A stretch of 64,000 nucleotides of DNA from Methanotrichaceae archaeon (GCA_963754945.1 CAVWIG010000024.1:59040-123039), one strand, 5' to 3'. Shown: positions 1-11,038, counted from the first letter of the stretch. The notes: generated from the sequence alone by a model not told the origin. Program-made: numbers and translations.

Positions 1-644
1 CCTTCGGCCTGCACGATCTGCTCCCTGGCCTCCTTTCCGATCACGCTCTGAAAGTCCCTGACCATGCTAGGGAAGGGGTGGGGTCCGGCTGCCGTGCCCA
101 ATAGGTAGTGAGTGCTCTCGAAACTGGACGCCCAGTCCCTCATGGCCTCGTTTATGGCATCCTTGAGGGTTCGAGAGCCTGACTTGACCGGTATGACCTC
201 GGCCCCCATCAACTCCATGCGGTAGACGTTCATCTTCTGGCGCTCGATGTCCACCTCACCCATGTACACCTGAGTCTCGAACCCCAAGTTAGCCCCTACG
301 ATCGCTGTTGCCACACCGTGCTGTCCTGCTCCCGTCTCGGCTATCAGCCTGGTCTTGCCCATGCGCTTTGCCACCAGTGCCTGGCCTAGAGTGTTGTTCA
401 GCTTGTGAGCACCGCCGTGGACCAGGTCCTCACGCTTCAGGTAGACTTTCCGGCCCAGCTTCTCGCTGAGATTCCTGGCGTAGTACAGGGGCGTAGCCCT
501 TCCTGCAAAATTCTTAAGCATGCCGTCCAGGTCGGCAGTAAACCCAGCATCCCCGCTCAACCGTTCGTAAGCCTCTGCCAGCTCGGTCAGCGGCGGGATA
601 AGAGTCTCGGGCACAAATAGCCCGCCATACCTCCCGAACTTCAT
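1..644 (-). CDS. trpB: Tryptophan synthase beta chain (5' part, runs off the window edge)
   Basis: Hand translation: [15 protein letters not shown]...[16 protein letters not shown]...[11 protein letters not shown]...GPHPFP; not in the ORF track because it is truncated. Confidence 0.95.
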   Translation of the reverse strand, partial: MKFGRYGGLFVPETLIPPLTELAEAYERLSGDAGFTADLDGMLKNFAGRATPLYYARNLSEKLGRKVYLKREDLVHGGAHKLNNTLGQALVAKRMGKTRLIAETGAGQHGVATAIVGANLGFETQVYMGEVDIERQKMNVYRMELMGAEVIPVKSGSRTLKDAINEAMRDWASSFESTHYLLGTAAGPHPFPSMVRDFQSVIGKEAREQIVQAE

Positions 645-776
645 CGTCTTGGGAATTTGATCAGCAACCTGACATTTCAAAGGATCACCGGCTTGATGTA
701 TAACTTAGTACTATGATGTATGAAAAAGTACATTGTATTTAAGCCTTATCTTTCTCCTTTCTCCCAGCCTTCTTGT

Positions 777-1037
777 CTAAAGATCTCCAGGAAGCTCTCC
801 GGTGAGGCTCTCGATCCTCTGCTCAGCGCTCTCCAGCCTGGAGCTGCACAATCTGACCAAACGTATACCACGCTCAAACAGAACCAGGCTCTCCTCAAGC
901 GAGAGCTTCCCATCCTCCAGCCTGCCGACAATCTGCTCCAGATCCGCCAGTGCTTCCTCCAAATTCAGATCGTCCTTCGAGATAACACCACACCCTAAAT
1001 CTTCAACTTCCTCGCTTTTACATCTTTTCCAATACAT
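777..1037 (-). CDS. xseB: Exodeoxyribonuclease VII small subunit (start uncertain)
   Basis: LEEALADLEQIVGRLEDGKLSLEESLVLFERG; directly downstream of xseA. Confidence 0.9.
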   Translation of the reverse strand: MYWKRCKSEEVEDLGCGVISKDDLNLEEALADLEQIVGRLEDGKLSLEESLVLFERGIRLVRLCSSRLESAEQRIESLTGELPGDL

Positions 1038-2205
1038 TGCACTTCAGCTTTCCATCTGCTAGGATCAGCTCTATTACATCCCCTGGTGAGGCATCCCCCG
1101 CCTTGAGGATCAACCGTCCACCTGAGGATCGAGCGATGGAATATCCTCGGGACAGAGTAGCCAGAGGGCTAATCGAATCAAGGCTGCTCTCCGCTAGAGC
1201 GAGCCTGTTCTTCAGGTTCTCTATCCTCGTCCTTTGGGCCGATTCCATGTGCTCTGCCAGGTCGTCCAGACGCTGGCGGTGCTCAGCCAGGAGGGCGTAC
1301 ATTCTCCGGGCAGATAGGCTGCGCTGGAGGTATTCCAGGCGTTCTTGCTTGCGCTCCAGACTGGACCAAAGGGACCTGGTCATCCTGGATTCGACAAGTC
1401 CGAGATGGATCTTCAGCTCTGCGACATCGGGGACTGCCATCTCCGCAGCCGCCGTCGGAGTTGGTGCCCGCACGTCTGCAACGAAATCTGCGATTGTGAT
1501 GTCGGTCTCGTGCCCTATGGCCGAGATCACAGGAGAATCGCACTCGAAGATGGCCCTGGCTACAATTTCGTGGTTGAAACCCCACAGATCCTCAGCCGAT
1601 CCGCCACCTCGGCAAACTATGACAACGTCAGCCCTGCCCTGTAGGGACCTTACGGCCAATGATATGCTCTCCGGTGCTCCGTCGCCCTGGACCTGAGCAG
1701 GTGACAGTATAATCCTGGCAGGATAGGAGCCGATGATGCTGAGCACATCCCTGAGGGCTGCTCCGTCAGGAGATGTCACTATGCCGATTCTGGACGGGTA
1801 CTTGTGCAGGGACCTCTTGCGCTCGTCGTCGAAGAGGCCTTCTGCAGCAAGCTTTTGCTTGAGCCTCTCAAGCTCCTGGTGCCGGAGTCCCAGACCGGAG
1901 TCGAGCCTGATTCCTCGAACTACCAGTTGTACCTGCCCCCTGGGACGGTAAACCTCTACGTCTCCGAAGACCTGGACGTTCTGGCCATCCTTTAGCTCGA
2001 AGCCTAGTCGCGCCCCGTAGTTCCGAAATAGGGCACAGGAGAGTTGAGAATCCTTATCCTTGAGGGTGAAGTACCTGTGGCCTGAGCGATGGTTCACGAC
2101 ATTGGACAGCTCCCCTCGGGCCCACAGGTCGTGCAGCCGTAGGTCCGAATCCAGGCGCTCTTTTATCCTTTCGGTCAGCTCTGAGACTGTGAATATCTGG
2201 GTCAA
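1018..2205 (-). CDS. xseA: Exodeoxyribonuclease VII large subunit
   Basis: OB-fold SGHRYFTLKD, RGGGSAEDLWGFN, SAIGHETD, TPTAAAE. Confidence 0.95.
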   Translation of the reverse strand: MTQIFTVSELTERIKERLDSDLRLHDLWARGELSNVVNHRSGHRYFTLKDKDSQLSCALFRNYGARLGFELKDGQNVQVFGDVEVYRPRGQVQLVVRGIRLDSGLGLRHQELERLKQKLAAEGLFDDERKRSLHKYPSRIGIVTSPDGAALRDVLSIIGSYPARIILSPAQVQGDGAPESISLAVRSLQGRADVVIVCRGGGSAEDLWGFNHEIVARAIFECDSPVISAIGHETDITIADFVADVRAPTPTAAAEMAVPDVAELKIHLGLVESRMTRSLWSSLERKQERLEYLQRSLSARRMYALLAEHRQRLDDLAEHMESAQRTRIENLKNRLALAESSLDSISPLATLSRGYSIARSSGGRLILKAGDASPGDVIELILADGKLKCNVLEKM

Positions 2206-2264
2206 GGTGTTTCTTTTTTAGACGTGTGGCATATTTAACACCTCTCAGGGCAGGAAGAAAGTGG

Positions 2265-2950
2265 ATGCGAATAGCCGGCGATCTCATCTGGGCAAGGTTC
2301 CTCGAGCGGACGAGCAGGTTTACGGTTACTGCAGAGCAGGATGGCAGACTGCTCGACTGTTTCTTATCAAACCCCGGCCGACTCAAAGAGCTGCTGGTCC
2401 CGGGGCATAGCCTCCTGCTTAGGTGCGTCGCCGACACGGGCAGGACCAGAAAAACCGGCTTCGACGTCATCGGCGTATGTCTGAAAGACAAGGTCATCAC
2501 CATCGACTCGAGGATTCCCAATGCTCTGATCGAGGAGGCTCTCAATGCCGGAAGCCTGCGGGAGTTCAAAGGTTACAGCGTTGTCAAAACGGAGCCGGCC
2601 TTCGGCTCCGGGAGATTCGATTTCCTCCTGGATTCACAGTGCTTTGTGGAAGTGAAGAGCTGCACACTGGTCAAGAACGGAGTAGCCCTGTTCCCGGATG
2701 CGCCCACAGCCCGCGGGAGGCGTCATCTGTTGGAGATGATCGAAGCTTTGAAACAGGTTACAGGTGCGTCATCATCTTCGTTGTTCAAAGAGACGATGCT
2801 AGGGTGTTTATGCCTAATTCGGACACTGATCCAGAGTTCAGCAAGGCGCTCCAGGATGCATGCAGCTCTGGAGTCGAGGCCATCGCCTACACAGCCAAGT
2901 ATGAAGACAGACTAATAGAGCTTGTCAGAAGGATAGATGTTCAGGTCTAG
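2265..2950 (+). pseudogene. sfsA: SfsA DNA/RNA nuclease, frameshifted near 2755
   Basis: NPGRLKELL, RFDFLL, VEVKSCTL, FPDAPTARGRRHL in one frame; GYRCVIIFVVQR...DPEFSKAL continues in the 2423..2950 frame; adding one G at CAGG joins them. Confidence 0.8.
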
Positions 2951-3096
2951 ATACCAATTGCCTCGTGATAGAATCTTCGGCTAAGCATGATGTTTTTAAC
3001 GAAGAAGGATCACATGAAAAAATCAATTAAACTTTTTTGGTCTCTAATCAAGATAACTTTATATGGCATAATTTCCTCTTCAATTGTGGTGTTGTC

Positions 3097-3792
3097 GTGC
3101 ATATAATGGAAGGGTTCCTGCCTCATCCCTGGTGGGAGATCTGGTTTGGACTTTCACTGCCGGTGGTGGCGTATGGGGCTTTTAGGATGAACAAAATGAT
3201 AAAAGAAAGCCGCGAAATTTTGCCCTTGCTTGCAGTCTCTGGCGCCTTTATCTTCGTCCTATCTTCCCTGAAGATGCCATCCGTTACAGGAAGCTGCTCG
3301 CACCCCACAGGAACGGGCATGGGAGCGATCATCTTCGGTCCCTGGATTACTTCTGTGCTGTCGATCATAGTGCTGATATATCAGGCCCTGTTCCTAGCTC
3401 ACGGCGGCTTGACCACGTTGGGGGCCAACACATTCTCCATGGGAATAGCAGGGCCGATAGTCGGATACATAGTCTATAAAGCGGCCATGAAGTCGGGGGT
3501 AAATATTTACATCGCCGTATTTCTGGCGGCGTTGCTCGCCGATTGGGCCACGTATGCTGTTACATCCGTCCAGCTTGCTCTGGCCTTCCCCGCGGCTACC
3601 GGTGGAGTGCTGGCCTCGTTCAAGGCTTTCATGGCCATCTTTGCCATAACACAGGTTCCCCTGGCAGTAGTTGAGGGCGCTGTAACTGCACTTATGTTCA
3701 AATACATCGTCCAGCTCAGGAGCGATGTTCTGGTAAGACTCAATGTTGCATCTCCCAGCATTATTAAGAAACTGAAGGAGGCTTCGGCGTGA
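3097..3792 (+). CDS. cbiM: Cobalt ECF transporter S component CbiM
   Basis: GTG start gives MHIMEGFLP; GSCSHPTG; HGGLTTLGAN. Confidence 0.95.
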   Translation: MHIMEGFLPHPWWEIWFGLSLPVVAYGAFRMNKMIKESREILPLLAVSGAFIFVLSSLKMPSVTGSCSHPTGTGMGAIIFGPWITSVLSIIVLIYQALFLAHGGLTTLGANTFSMGIAGPIVGYIVYKAAMKSGVNIYIAVFLAALLADWATYAVTSVQLALAFPAATGGVLASFKAFMAIFAITQVPLAVVEGAVTALMFKYIVQLRSDVLVRLNVASPSIIKKLKEASA

Positions 3793-4097
3793 AGTTAGAG
3801 TTAATAACCTTGGCTATTTTAGTGACCTTCATCGCAGTCTTTGCATATGTCAGTTCAAGCGGAAACCACGAGTGGGGAGGCGCAGATGATCAGCCGGCAA
3901 AAGTCATCAATGAGCTGACTCATGGGTCCTACCATCCTTGGTTTAATAGTGTATGGGTACCTCCTAGCCCTGAGATAGAGAGCTTGCTTTTCGCCTTGCA
4001 GGCGGCCTTCGGCAGCCTCATTATCGGCTATTTCCTGGGCTACTACCGTGCCATGGCAAAGATTAAGAGTGCGGCAGCTTCGGCTAAGCAAGATTGA
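3789..4097 (+). CDS. cbiN: Cobalt transport protein CbiN
   Basis: WGGADD, YHPWF, EIESLLFALQAA; operon position. Confidence 0.93.
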   Translation: MKLELITLAILVTFIAVFAYVSSSGNHEWGGADDQPAKVINELTHGSYHPWFNSVWVPPSPEIESLLFALQAAFGSLIIGYFLGYYRAMAKIKSAAASAKQD

Positions 4098-4104
4098 GAA
4101 TTGA

Positions 4105-4887
4105 ATGCACGACCTGCTAGACGACTACGCACATTCCAACGCACTAAGGGACACGAATCCGAGGCTCAAGCTGCTGCTTGGTCTCGGAGCTATCATCCTT
4201 TGCGTATCTTCGGCCACTCCGATAGCGCCTTTATTCATAGCTGTTACCATGAGTCTCATAACTGTAAGGTTGGCCAAAATTCCAGGGCGTTTTTACTCCA
4301 CACTGCTGCTAATACCCATCTCCTTCTCCATGATGAGCGCCGTAGTGGTGGCCTTCATGCATGGCGGAGGCGACCAATTATTTACCTTTGACATCTTCGG
4401 CATCAGCTTGGGCATCAGAGAAGAGGGGGCCAACCTGGCCCTGCTTCTGGTCGCCAGGACCTTTGGGGGCATGTGCTCCCTATTCTTCATAGCCCTGACC
4501 ACGCCCATGATCGAGATCTTCTCGATCCTGAAGTCCCTGGGCCTGCCGGACTTCTTGGTTGAGCTTTCCATGTTGATGTACAGGTATATCTTTGTCTTCG
4601 TGGATCAAGCTGCCATGATCCACAGCGCCCAAACGATGCGGCTTGGAGATATGGGAATCAAAAACTCTCTTAACTCCTTCTCCATGCTTTCGAGCGTTCT
4701 TTTTCTACGGGCCTGGGAGCAGGGGGAGCGCTTAATGGTGGCCATGGACTCCCGTTGCTACGATGGGAGACTGGATGTATTCGAAAAGCGGACACCAATT
4801 ATGCTGCAAGGCGCATTGATCGTTGTCGGCTATTTGGCCACAATTGCAGCGATCGCCTTTTTGACAAGGGATTTCAGGCTGATATGA
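4105..4887 (+). CDS. cbiQ: Cobalt ECF transporter T component CbiQ
   Basis: Hydrophobic; YRYIFV, AMDSRCYDG. Confidence 0.93.
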   Translation: MHDLLDDYAHSNALRDTNPRLKLLLGLGAIILCVSSATPIAPLFIAVTMSLITVRLAKIPGRFYSTLLLIPISFSMMSAVVVAFMHGGGDQLFTFDIFGISLGIREEGANLALLLVARTFGGMCSLFFIALTTPMIEIFSILKSLGLPDFLVELSMLMYRYIFVFVDQAAMIHSAQTMRLGDMGIKNSLNSFSMLSSVLFLRAWEQGERLMVAMDSRCYDGRLDVFEKRTPIMLQGALIVVGYLATIAAIAFLTRDFRLI

Positions 4888-4894
4888 GGTTGTC

Positions 4895-5935
4895 ATGGAC
4901 AACATTCTAGAAGCAAGGAACGTTCGATACTCTTACTCGGATGGTCCGGAGGCGCTGAGAGGATTGAGCACTGCGATAGAAGAAGGCAAAAAGATCGCTC
5001 TTGTTGGCCCCAACGGAGCAGGAAAATCCACCCTCATGCTCATGTTCAATGGCATTCTCAGGCCTACGTCCGGGGAGGTGTACTTCAGGGACCAGCCCAT
5101 GAAGTACGACTCTCCTTCTTTGAGGAATGTGCGGCGTAAGGTGGGTTTGGTCTTCCAGAACCCAGACGACCAGCTCTTCGCTCCCACAGTCTACCAGGAT
5201 GTGGCTTTCGGGCCGGTCAACCTGGGATATCCCAAGGACAAAGTCGAGAAGTATGTAAACTACGCCTTGAGCTACGTCGGCCTTTCCGGCTTCGAGAGCC
5301 GACCACCCCATCATTTGAGCGGCGGTGAGAAGAAGCGGGTAGCAATAGCCGGTGTCCTGGCCATGGAGCCTGAGGTGATGATCCTTGACGAGCCGACATC
5401 CAACCTTGACCCAGCAGGCTCCGAGGAGATCATGGAGATGCTGGACGAGCTGAACAGCAGCGGGAAGACGATGATAATCTCCACCCATGACGTTGAGCTG
5501 GCCTATCGCTGGTCGGACCAGATCCTGCTAATGGAAGACGGCAAACTCCTCCACTACGGCCCGCCAGCAGAGGTCTTTGCCGATCATGAGTTAGTGAGCA
5601 AAGCTCGCATGAAGCCGCCCGCCGTGATGGAGATCTACCAGGAGCTTAGAGGGAGAGGGGTCTTGGATGGTGACCGACCGCCCAGGAATATCCTTGAGCT
5701 TACAAACCTTTTGGAGACAAGGGCCACAGTAGGCTGTCCAAAAGTCAGCCCAGGCAAGATCTATCTGTACAACGTAGACCGTGCCGACCCTGGGGAGATA
5801 AGATCCTTCCTTGATTCAGGATCTGCCAAATATGTTGGCGCTATGGGTACCAGCGCCAAGATGATGGCGGAGAGAGAGTTGATCCGTCTGGACTTCACCT
5901 TCGGGGTTATAGACAAGAGAGTTTCGAAAAACTAA
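4895..5935 (+). CDS. cbiO: Cobalt ECF ATPase CbiO; C-terminal extension cut by IS5 at 5917
   Basis: GPNGAGKST, FQNPDDQ, LSGGEKKR, LDEPT; the last residues RVSKN* are IS-derived. Confidence 0.92.
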   Translation: MDNILEARNVRYSYSDGPEALRGLSTAIEEGKKIALVGPNGAGKSTLMLMFNGILRPTSGEVYFRDQPMKYDSPSLRNVRRKVGLVFQNPDDQLFAPTVYQDVAFGPVNLGYPKDKVEKYVNYALSYVGLSGFESRPPHHLSGGEKKRVAIAGVLAMEPEVMILDEPTSNLDPAGSEEIMEMLDELNSSGKTMIISTHDVELAYRWSDQILLMEDGKLLHYGPPAEVFADHELVSKARMKPPAVMEIYQELRGRGVLDGDRPPRNILELTNLLETRATVGCPKVSPGKIYLYNVDRADPGEIRSFLDSGSAKYVGAMGTSAKMMAERELIRLDFTFGVIDKRVSKN

Positions 5936-7201
5936 TCAATCGAAATACTTATATACTATTAATACTATAATATAATGCATGAGGACTCTCATTGATTTTG
6001 CCATTCGAGCAGAATATGCTCGAGTAAAAGCCCTCGGAGATGATCTATCCGAGATCGGATCGTTGATCAATTGGGAGCGTTTCAGATTTTTGGAACCATT
6101 GATATACAAAAATAAAACTAGCCGCGGAGGTCGTCCGAACATTGACATCGTGATTATGGTGAAAGCTCTCGTAATTCAGCATTGGTTTGGTCTAACAGAT
6201 CCAGAACTGGAGCGACAGGTTGCGGATAGGATCTCTTTTCGTATTTTCCTTGGCACCACTGAAGTAATTCCTGATTTCAGCACAGTTTGGCTATTCCGTG
6301 AACGTTTGATTAAGTGCGACGTATACGATGATCTTTGGAATGAGCTTCAAAGGCAGCTCGATGAGATGGGGTTTACTGTAAAGAATGGCACTATCCAGGA
6401 TGCAACCTTCATAACTTCGGACCCAGGTCGGAAGAGGAACAAGAAAGACGAGCAAGGCGGGGACAAAAAGGAAGGTCAAGATTCCGAAGCCACCAGTACG
6501 AGCCTGAATCAGGAGTTTGATAAAGAGCTAATTGGTATTTCAAATAATATTATTGATGACAAGGCCAAACCACAGAGACTCGAAGAAGAGCCAATAAATG
6601 AGGGAAGTTGGGCAAAAAAGGGTGTCAAATCCTTTTTCGGATATAAAGGTCATATCTCAATCGATACCAATTACCACCTTATCAGATATTTTGAGACTAC
6701 AACTGCTTCTGTACACGATAGTCAGGTAGATCTTGGAATTGAAGGGCTACCACGTTACGCCGATAAGGGATATGATGGTGCAAAAACTCGAGGATATGAT
6801 GCAGCCATGAAAAAAGCTACAAGAGGTCACAAGCTTGGAATCATAGATCTTCTGAGGAATAAGAGAATCAGTAAAACGCGATCGCACATCGAAAGATGCT
6901 TCGCTGTTATGAAGCGGGGGCATAAGGGAGCACATGTTTATGTAACAACTGTCGCAAGAGCTGGAGTAAAATTCATGATGAATTCGGTCGTTTACAACCT
7001 GGAACAGTTGAAATATTTAGTGCATAAACAAACAGCCTAGCGGAAGCTCTCTAAAAAAGCGCAAAAATTAGAAACAACAAGGTAAATTGAAATCTAATAA
7101 GCCAATTTAGGGGTGAAATATGCTAAAAAACCACTATAAAGATTGAAAATATTAACGCAAGAATTTAAGGCTTCATTAACCAACACTAAATCGAAACCCT
7201 C
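5917..7201 (+). mobile_element. IS5-family element (transposase 5979..7040)
   Basis: TIRs GAGAGTTTCGA / TCGAAACCCTC; flanks ACAA / ACCA; transposase motifs GGRP, PDFSTVWLFRERL, QDATFI, FGYKGH, ADKGYD. Confidence 0.92.
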
Positions 7202-7203
7202 AC

Positions 7204-7398
7204 CAGTCAATTCTCAAGGCTACAACAGGCCAGAGCTCTCTGATAATGACCTCTGGAGGCATGGTCGAACACGCTCTGCGCCGAATAGAGGCCTACTGCG
7301 ATGAGTGGGGAGCGAAGATTCAGACATCTGTACTCAATGCATCTGTACTCAATGCATCTGTTCTCAATGCATCTGTTCTCAACGATCCTGGAAAATAA
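7204..7398 (+). pseudogene. Displaced 3' end of cbiO
   Basis: Reads SILKATTGQSSLIMTSGGMVEHALRRIEAY...GK*; joins GVIDK in frame when the IS and one duplicated flank are removed. Confidence 0.8.
7325..7382 (+). repeat. 15-bp tandem repeat, about 4 copies of CATCTGTWCTCAATG
   Basis: Directly visible; encodes repeated SVLNA. Confidence 0.95.
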
Positions 7399-7625
7399 TT
7401 GGCTTGATAAATTTGGTGGTCTCTATCGTGCCGGTCTTCAAACATTGTTGTGATTATATTATATTATTAATTATTTAGTTATTGCAAAATCTGCATTGGA
7501 CAAATGAATGGAGCGGGTAGGGGAGTGGGGGTTAGTAAAAAAGATGAGTGTACCCGCTCAAATCTCCAAACCCTTTTGTTGTATAAATACTTTTCCGGAT
7601 AGGTTTTATAATTAATTATCAATAA

Positions 7626-8393
7626 CTAATGATTGATTCTGAGCATTGCTATTTTAGCAGCATAAGCCCCAGCCACGAAGCCTGCATCTATGTTAACAAC
7701 GGTCAAGACCGAACAGGATTGCAGCATGGACATCAGCGCTGCGATGCCGTTCCCGCCCACTCCGTAACCTGTTGAGACGGGCAAGCCTATCACAGGAGCG
7801 TCCAGGATTCCGGCCACAACCGCAGGAAGGGTTCCCTCTCTGCCCGCAGCGACCACCATTGCATCAACGTCCAGCATCTTCTCAAGGCAGGGAAAAAGCC
7901 TGTGAATCCCGGCCACGCCGACATCGTACTCTGAGACGACATGACAGCCCATCTCCCGGGCAACCACTTTGGCCTCCTCTGCAACGGGAATATCCGCTGT
8001 GCCGGCTGCAAGTATGCCCACCTTGCCCCGTCCCTGCTTTCTCTCACCGGCCCTCAGTACCACCGTCCTGGCTCTTGGGTTGTGGTCCAGAAATGAACCC
8101 GTAGGAAGATCGGCCTCCTTCAGGACCTGGAGCTGCTCAGGGGAGACTCTGGTTATTATAACGCTGCCAACTTCCTCCAGATGGGCCAAGGCGATCTCGG
8201 CAAGATCGTCCTTGTCCTTGCCTTCGGCCAGGATTGCTTCAGGCACTCCGATCCGGTTCGCCCTCTGGGTGTCCAGCTTGGCCATGTCGCCTAAGGCACG
8301 ACAGGATAGAAGCCTGATCTGGCCCAGGGCTTGGTCCAGGGAGACCTCGCCTCTCGCATGCTGCTCCAGAAGGTCTCTAAGGCTATCATTCAC
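7626..8393 (-). CDS. larB: LarB / PurE-like (NCAIR mutase family) protein
   Basis: PEAILAEGK, AGTADIPVAEEA, DVGVAGIHRL, PVSTGYG, VVNIDAGF. Confidence 0.85.
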   Translation of the reverse strand: MNDSLRDLLEQHARGEVSLDQALGQIRLLSCRALGDMAKLDTQRANRIGVPEAILAEGKDKDDLAEIALAHLEEVGSVIITRVSPEQLQVLKEADLPTGSFLDHNPRARTVVLRAGERKQGRGKVGILAAGTADIPVAEEAKVVAREMGCHVVSEYDVGVAGIHRLFPCLEKMLDVDAMVVAAGREGTLPAVVAGILDAPVIGLPVSTGYGVGGNGIAALMSMLQSCSVLTVVNIDAGFVAGAYAAKIAMLRINH

Positions 8394-8672
8394 GACAGGG
8401 GATTGGCGGGCGAAGAATAAAGGGTTTGTCCTATGGAACGGGAGGCATGGGCTGATGATATTATTCGATGAAATTACTGGTCATCATCACCAGTCCTGCA
8501 AACATGTGGTTAATGTGACTTCAAGAAAGCGTAAATAACGTCCTTGATAAGATATACGGCTCGATCTATAAATCATTTGATAGAATCTGAGATTTTCAAT
8601 CTTTGGATTCTTTGATCTATGTCACATTCTGCATTGAATATTTCTTGCGATTCAATAATTTTTTTATCGTGC

Positions 8673-9761
8673 TAGGACTTACGCACTTGGCAGAATCTTC
8701 TTATATTGCATATGCTATATTAATACCAACAAATAAATGGGATAGGGCTGAACTTGAATCCTTCCAAGTGCGATGATCTTGATTATATTCACTTTCTGAT
8801 AGCATCAGTAGATGTTTTTACCTGTACTGAGGCTGCAAGGTGCCAGCCAGTAGGAGAAAATAGTCCATCGCATGATGCATTTACCCGTCTTCTACAAAGA
8901 CAGCCTCCAGATACGGATACGTTGTGGAATGAGGTAAAGGATATTGTTCAGCCTCAAAATGGTTTCTTGGTTATTGACGATACGACGTTGGACAAGCCAT
9001 ATGCTAAAAATATGAGCCTAGTCTATCATCAATGGAGTGGAAAACAGCATCGATTGGTGAATGGAATCAATATTTGTACGTTGCTGTGGACAGATGGAAA
9101 CGCTATAATTCCCGTTGATTTCCGAATCTACGATATAGATGTCGACGGCAAGACAAAAAATGATCATTTTCGAGATATGCTTGCCAAAGCAAAAGAACGG
9201 CGTTTTCAGCCCTGTATTGTTCTCTTCGATAGCTGGTATGCCAGTGTAGATAATCTCAAAACCATACGAAAGTCTGGATGGCACTGGCTGACCCGATTGA
9301 AGAAAAATAGGCTAGTGAATCCGAATAACACCAAAAATATGCAAATTCAGGAGATAGAGATACCGCTGCAAGGCAGGGAAGTGCATTTAAAAGCTTATGG
9401 TTTTATAAAAGTATTCCGGATAGTCTCTAATGACGGTGACATAGGATACTGGGCAACTGACGTGCTGGAGATAGACGAAGCTAAACGCGAAAAATTTGGT
9501 GGATATTCCTGGAAGATTGAGGAATATCACAGAGGCATAAAGCAATTCTGTGGAGTCGAAAGCTGTCAAGCAAGAAAAAGTCAGTCCCAGAGAGCACACA
9601 TAATGTTCTCCCTGAGAGCGTTTCTCAGATTAGAAGTAGAAAGGCTTAGAATAGGAATAAGTTGGTTCGAATCTAAGCGAAGAATTATTCGCGAGTCAAT
9701 TCGCGAATATATAAAATATCCTTATTATTCATTGTCGAAAGATTCAACTGCGTAAGTCCTA
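8673..9761 (+). mobile_element. IS701-family element (transposase 8754..9755)
   Basis: TIR TAGGACTTACGCA at both ends; 5-bp TSD CGTGC; motifs IDDTTLDKPY, FDSWY, WKIEEYHRGIKQ. Confidence 0.92.
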
Positions 9762-9773
9762 CGTGCATTAATA

Positions 9774-11038
9774 GAGGACTCCTAAAAACCCACTCAAAGG
9801 AATCCCTTATTTATATACTATTTATATAAGCCAAGCACTGAATCAGGGGTTAATAGGAATCCCCTAGCATCGAGATATAATTCGGTTACCGAGAATTCCT
9901 ATAAACCTACCTGGCTTTGATCATAGTAATGTTTATATACTATTAATACTATTATATACTATGGATTCATTTACTACTTGGATGCTTAAAGGTCTCCATG
10001 CCAAGCAAGAGAAGTCGCGACTCTCAGAGATATCGAATAAGATTGATTGGGCACCTTTCCGCCAAATTCTCGAAGAGATGTACGATAATAAAAGCGAGAA
10101 AGGTGGAAGACCAAATTGCGATGTCATCATGATGTTCAAGATTTTGATCCTTCAGAAATGGCATGGTCTGAGCGATTTGGGAATTGAAAGACAAATGGCT
10201 GACCGCATATCATTTATGGCGTTCCTTGATTATCCTGATCCTTTGCCAGACTCCCGAACGATATGGCTATTCAAGCAACGCATTGCAGAATCCGGGAAAG
10301 CTGAGTTGATCTGGTCAGAACTGCAAAAACAGTTAGTCGCTATGGGTTTGCAGGTTAAGTGTGGAACGGTGCAAGATGCTACATTTATTGAAGCAGATCC
10401 CGGTTCTTCAAAAAAACCTCGTGGCGAGGATGCTAAGACTCGGCGCAGTCGAGATGGAACCTGGGCAAAGAAGGGAAATGAGACTCATTTTGGATATAAG
10501 CTGCACCAAAAAACCGATATCGATTACTGCCTAATACGCGAAATCGAGACAACAACCGCTTCATTGCATGATAGTCAGGTTGACTTATCAACCAAAGATG
10601 AAATCGTCCTTAGAGATAGAGGATATTTTGGCGCTGAAGCAAAAGGTATCGATTTCACGATGAAACGCAGAACATCAGAAAAGCCTCTTGAGGAGCTTGA
10701 TAAAGAGCGAAACAGGTTGATAAGCAAACTAAGATCTCCGGGAGAACGACCTCATGCAGTTATAAAAAGAGTATTTGGGATGGGAAGAGTGTTGGTTACA
10801 ACAGTCAAGAGGGTTCATGTTGAATTGATGGTTACAGCTTTCGCTTTGACCTGTTTCAGCTCTGTACATTGAAAAAAGCCAACGTCATCTGAACATAGCG
10901 GAAGCTATCGAAGAACAGATTGAAAGAGGGCTAATTCAATGAAATTCATAACAATTGAACCAAAAGGCTAGGTCATTCGGTAGTGAATCTTGAAAGAAAG
11001 AATAGAAGCTTGTTGAAAGCTAGTTTTTAGGAATACTC
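9774..11038 (+). mobile_element. Composite IS5-family unit: 91-bp MITE (9774-9864) + 26-bp spacer + IS5 (9891-11038; transposase 9961..10892, frameshifted near 10848)
   Basis: End motifs GAGGACTCCTAAAAACC, GAGAATTCCTATAAACC and reverse-complement GAGTATTCCTAAAAAC; 4-bp TSD AATA flanks the whole unit; DDE motifs QDATFI, FGYKLH, DRGY. Confidence 0.87.

Noticed and set aside
7325-7382. Repeat array as a possible CRISPR
   Set aside because: Head-to-tail 15-mers with no spacers; no cas genes in the window.
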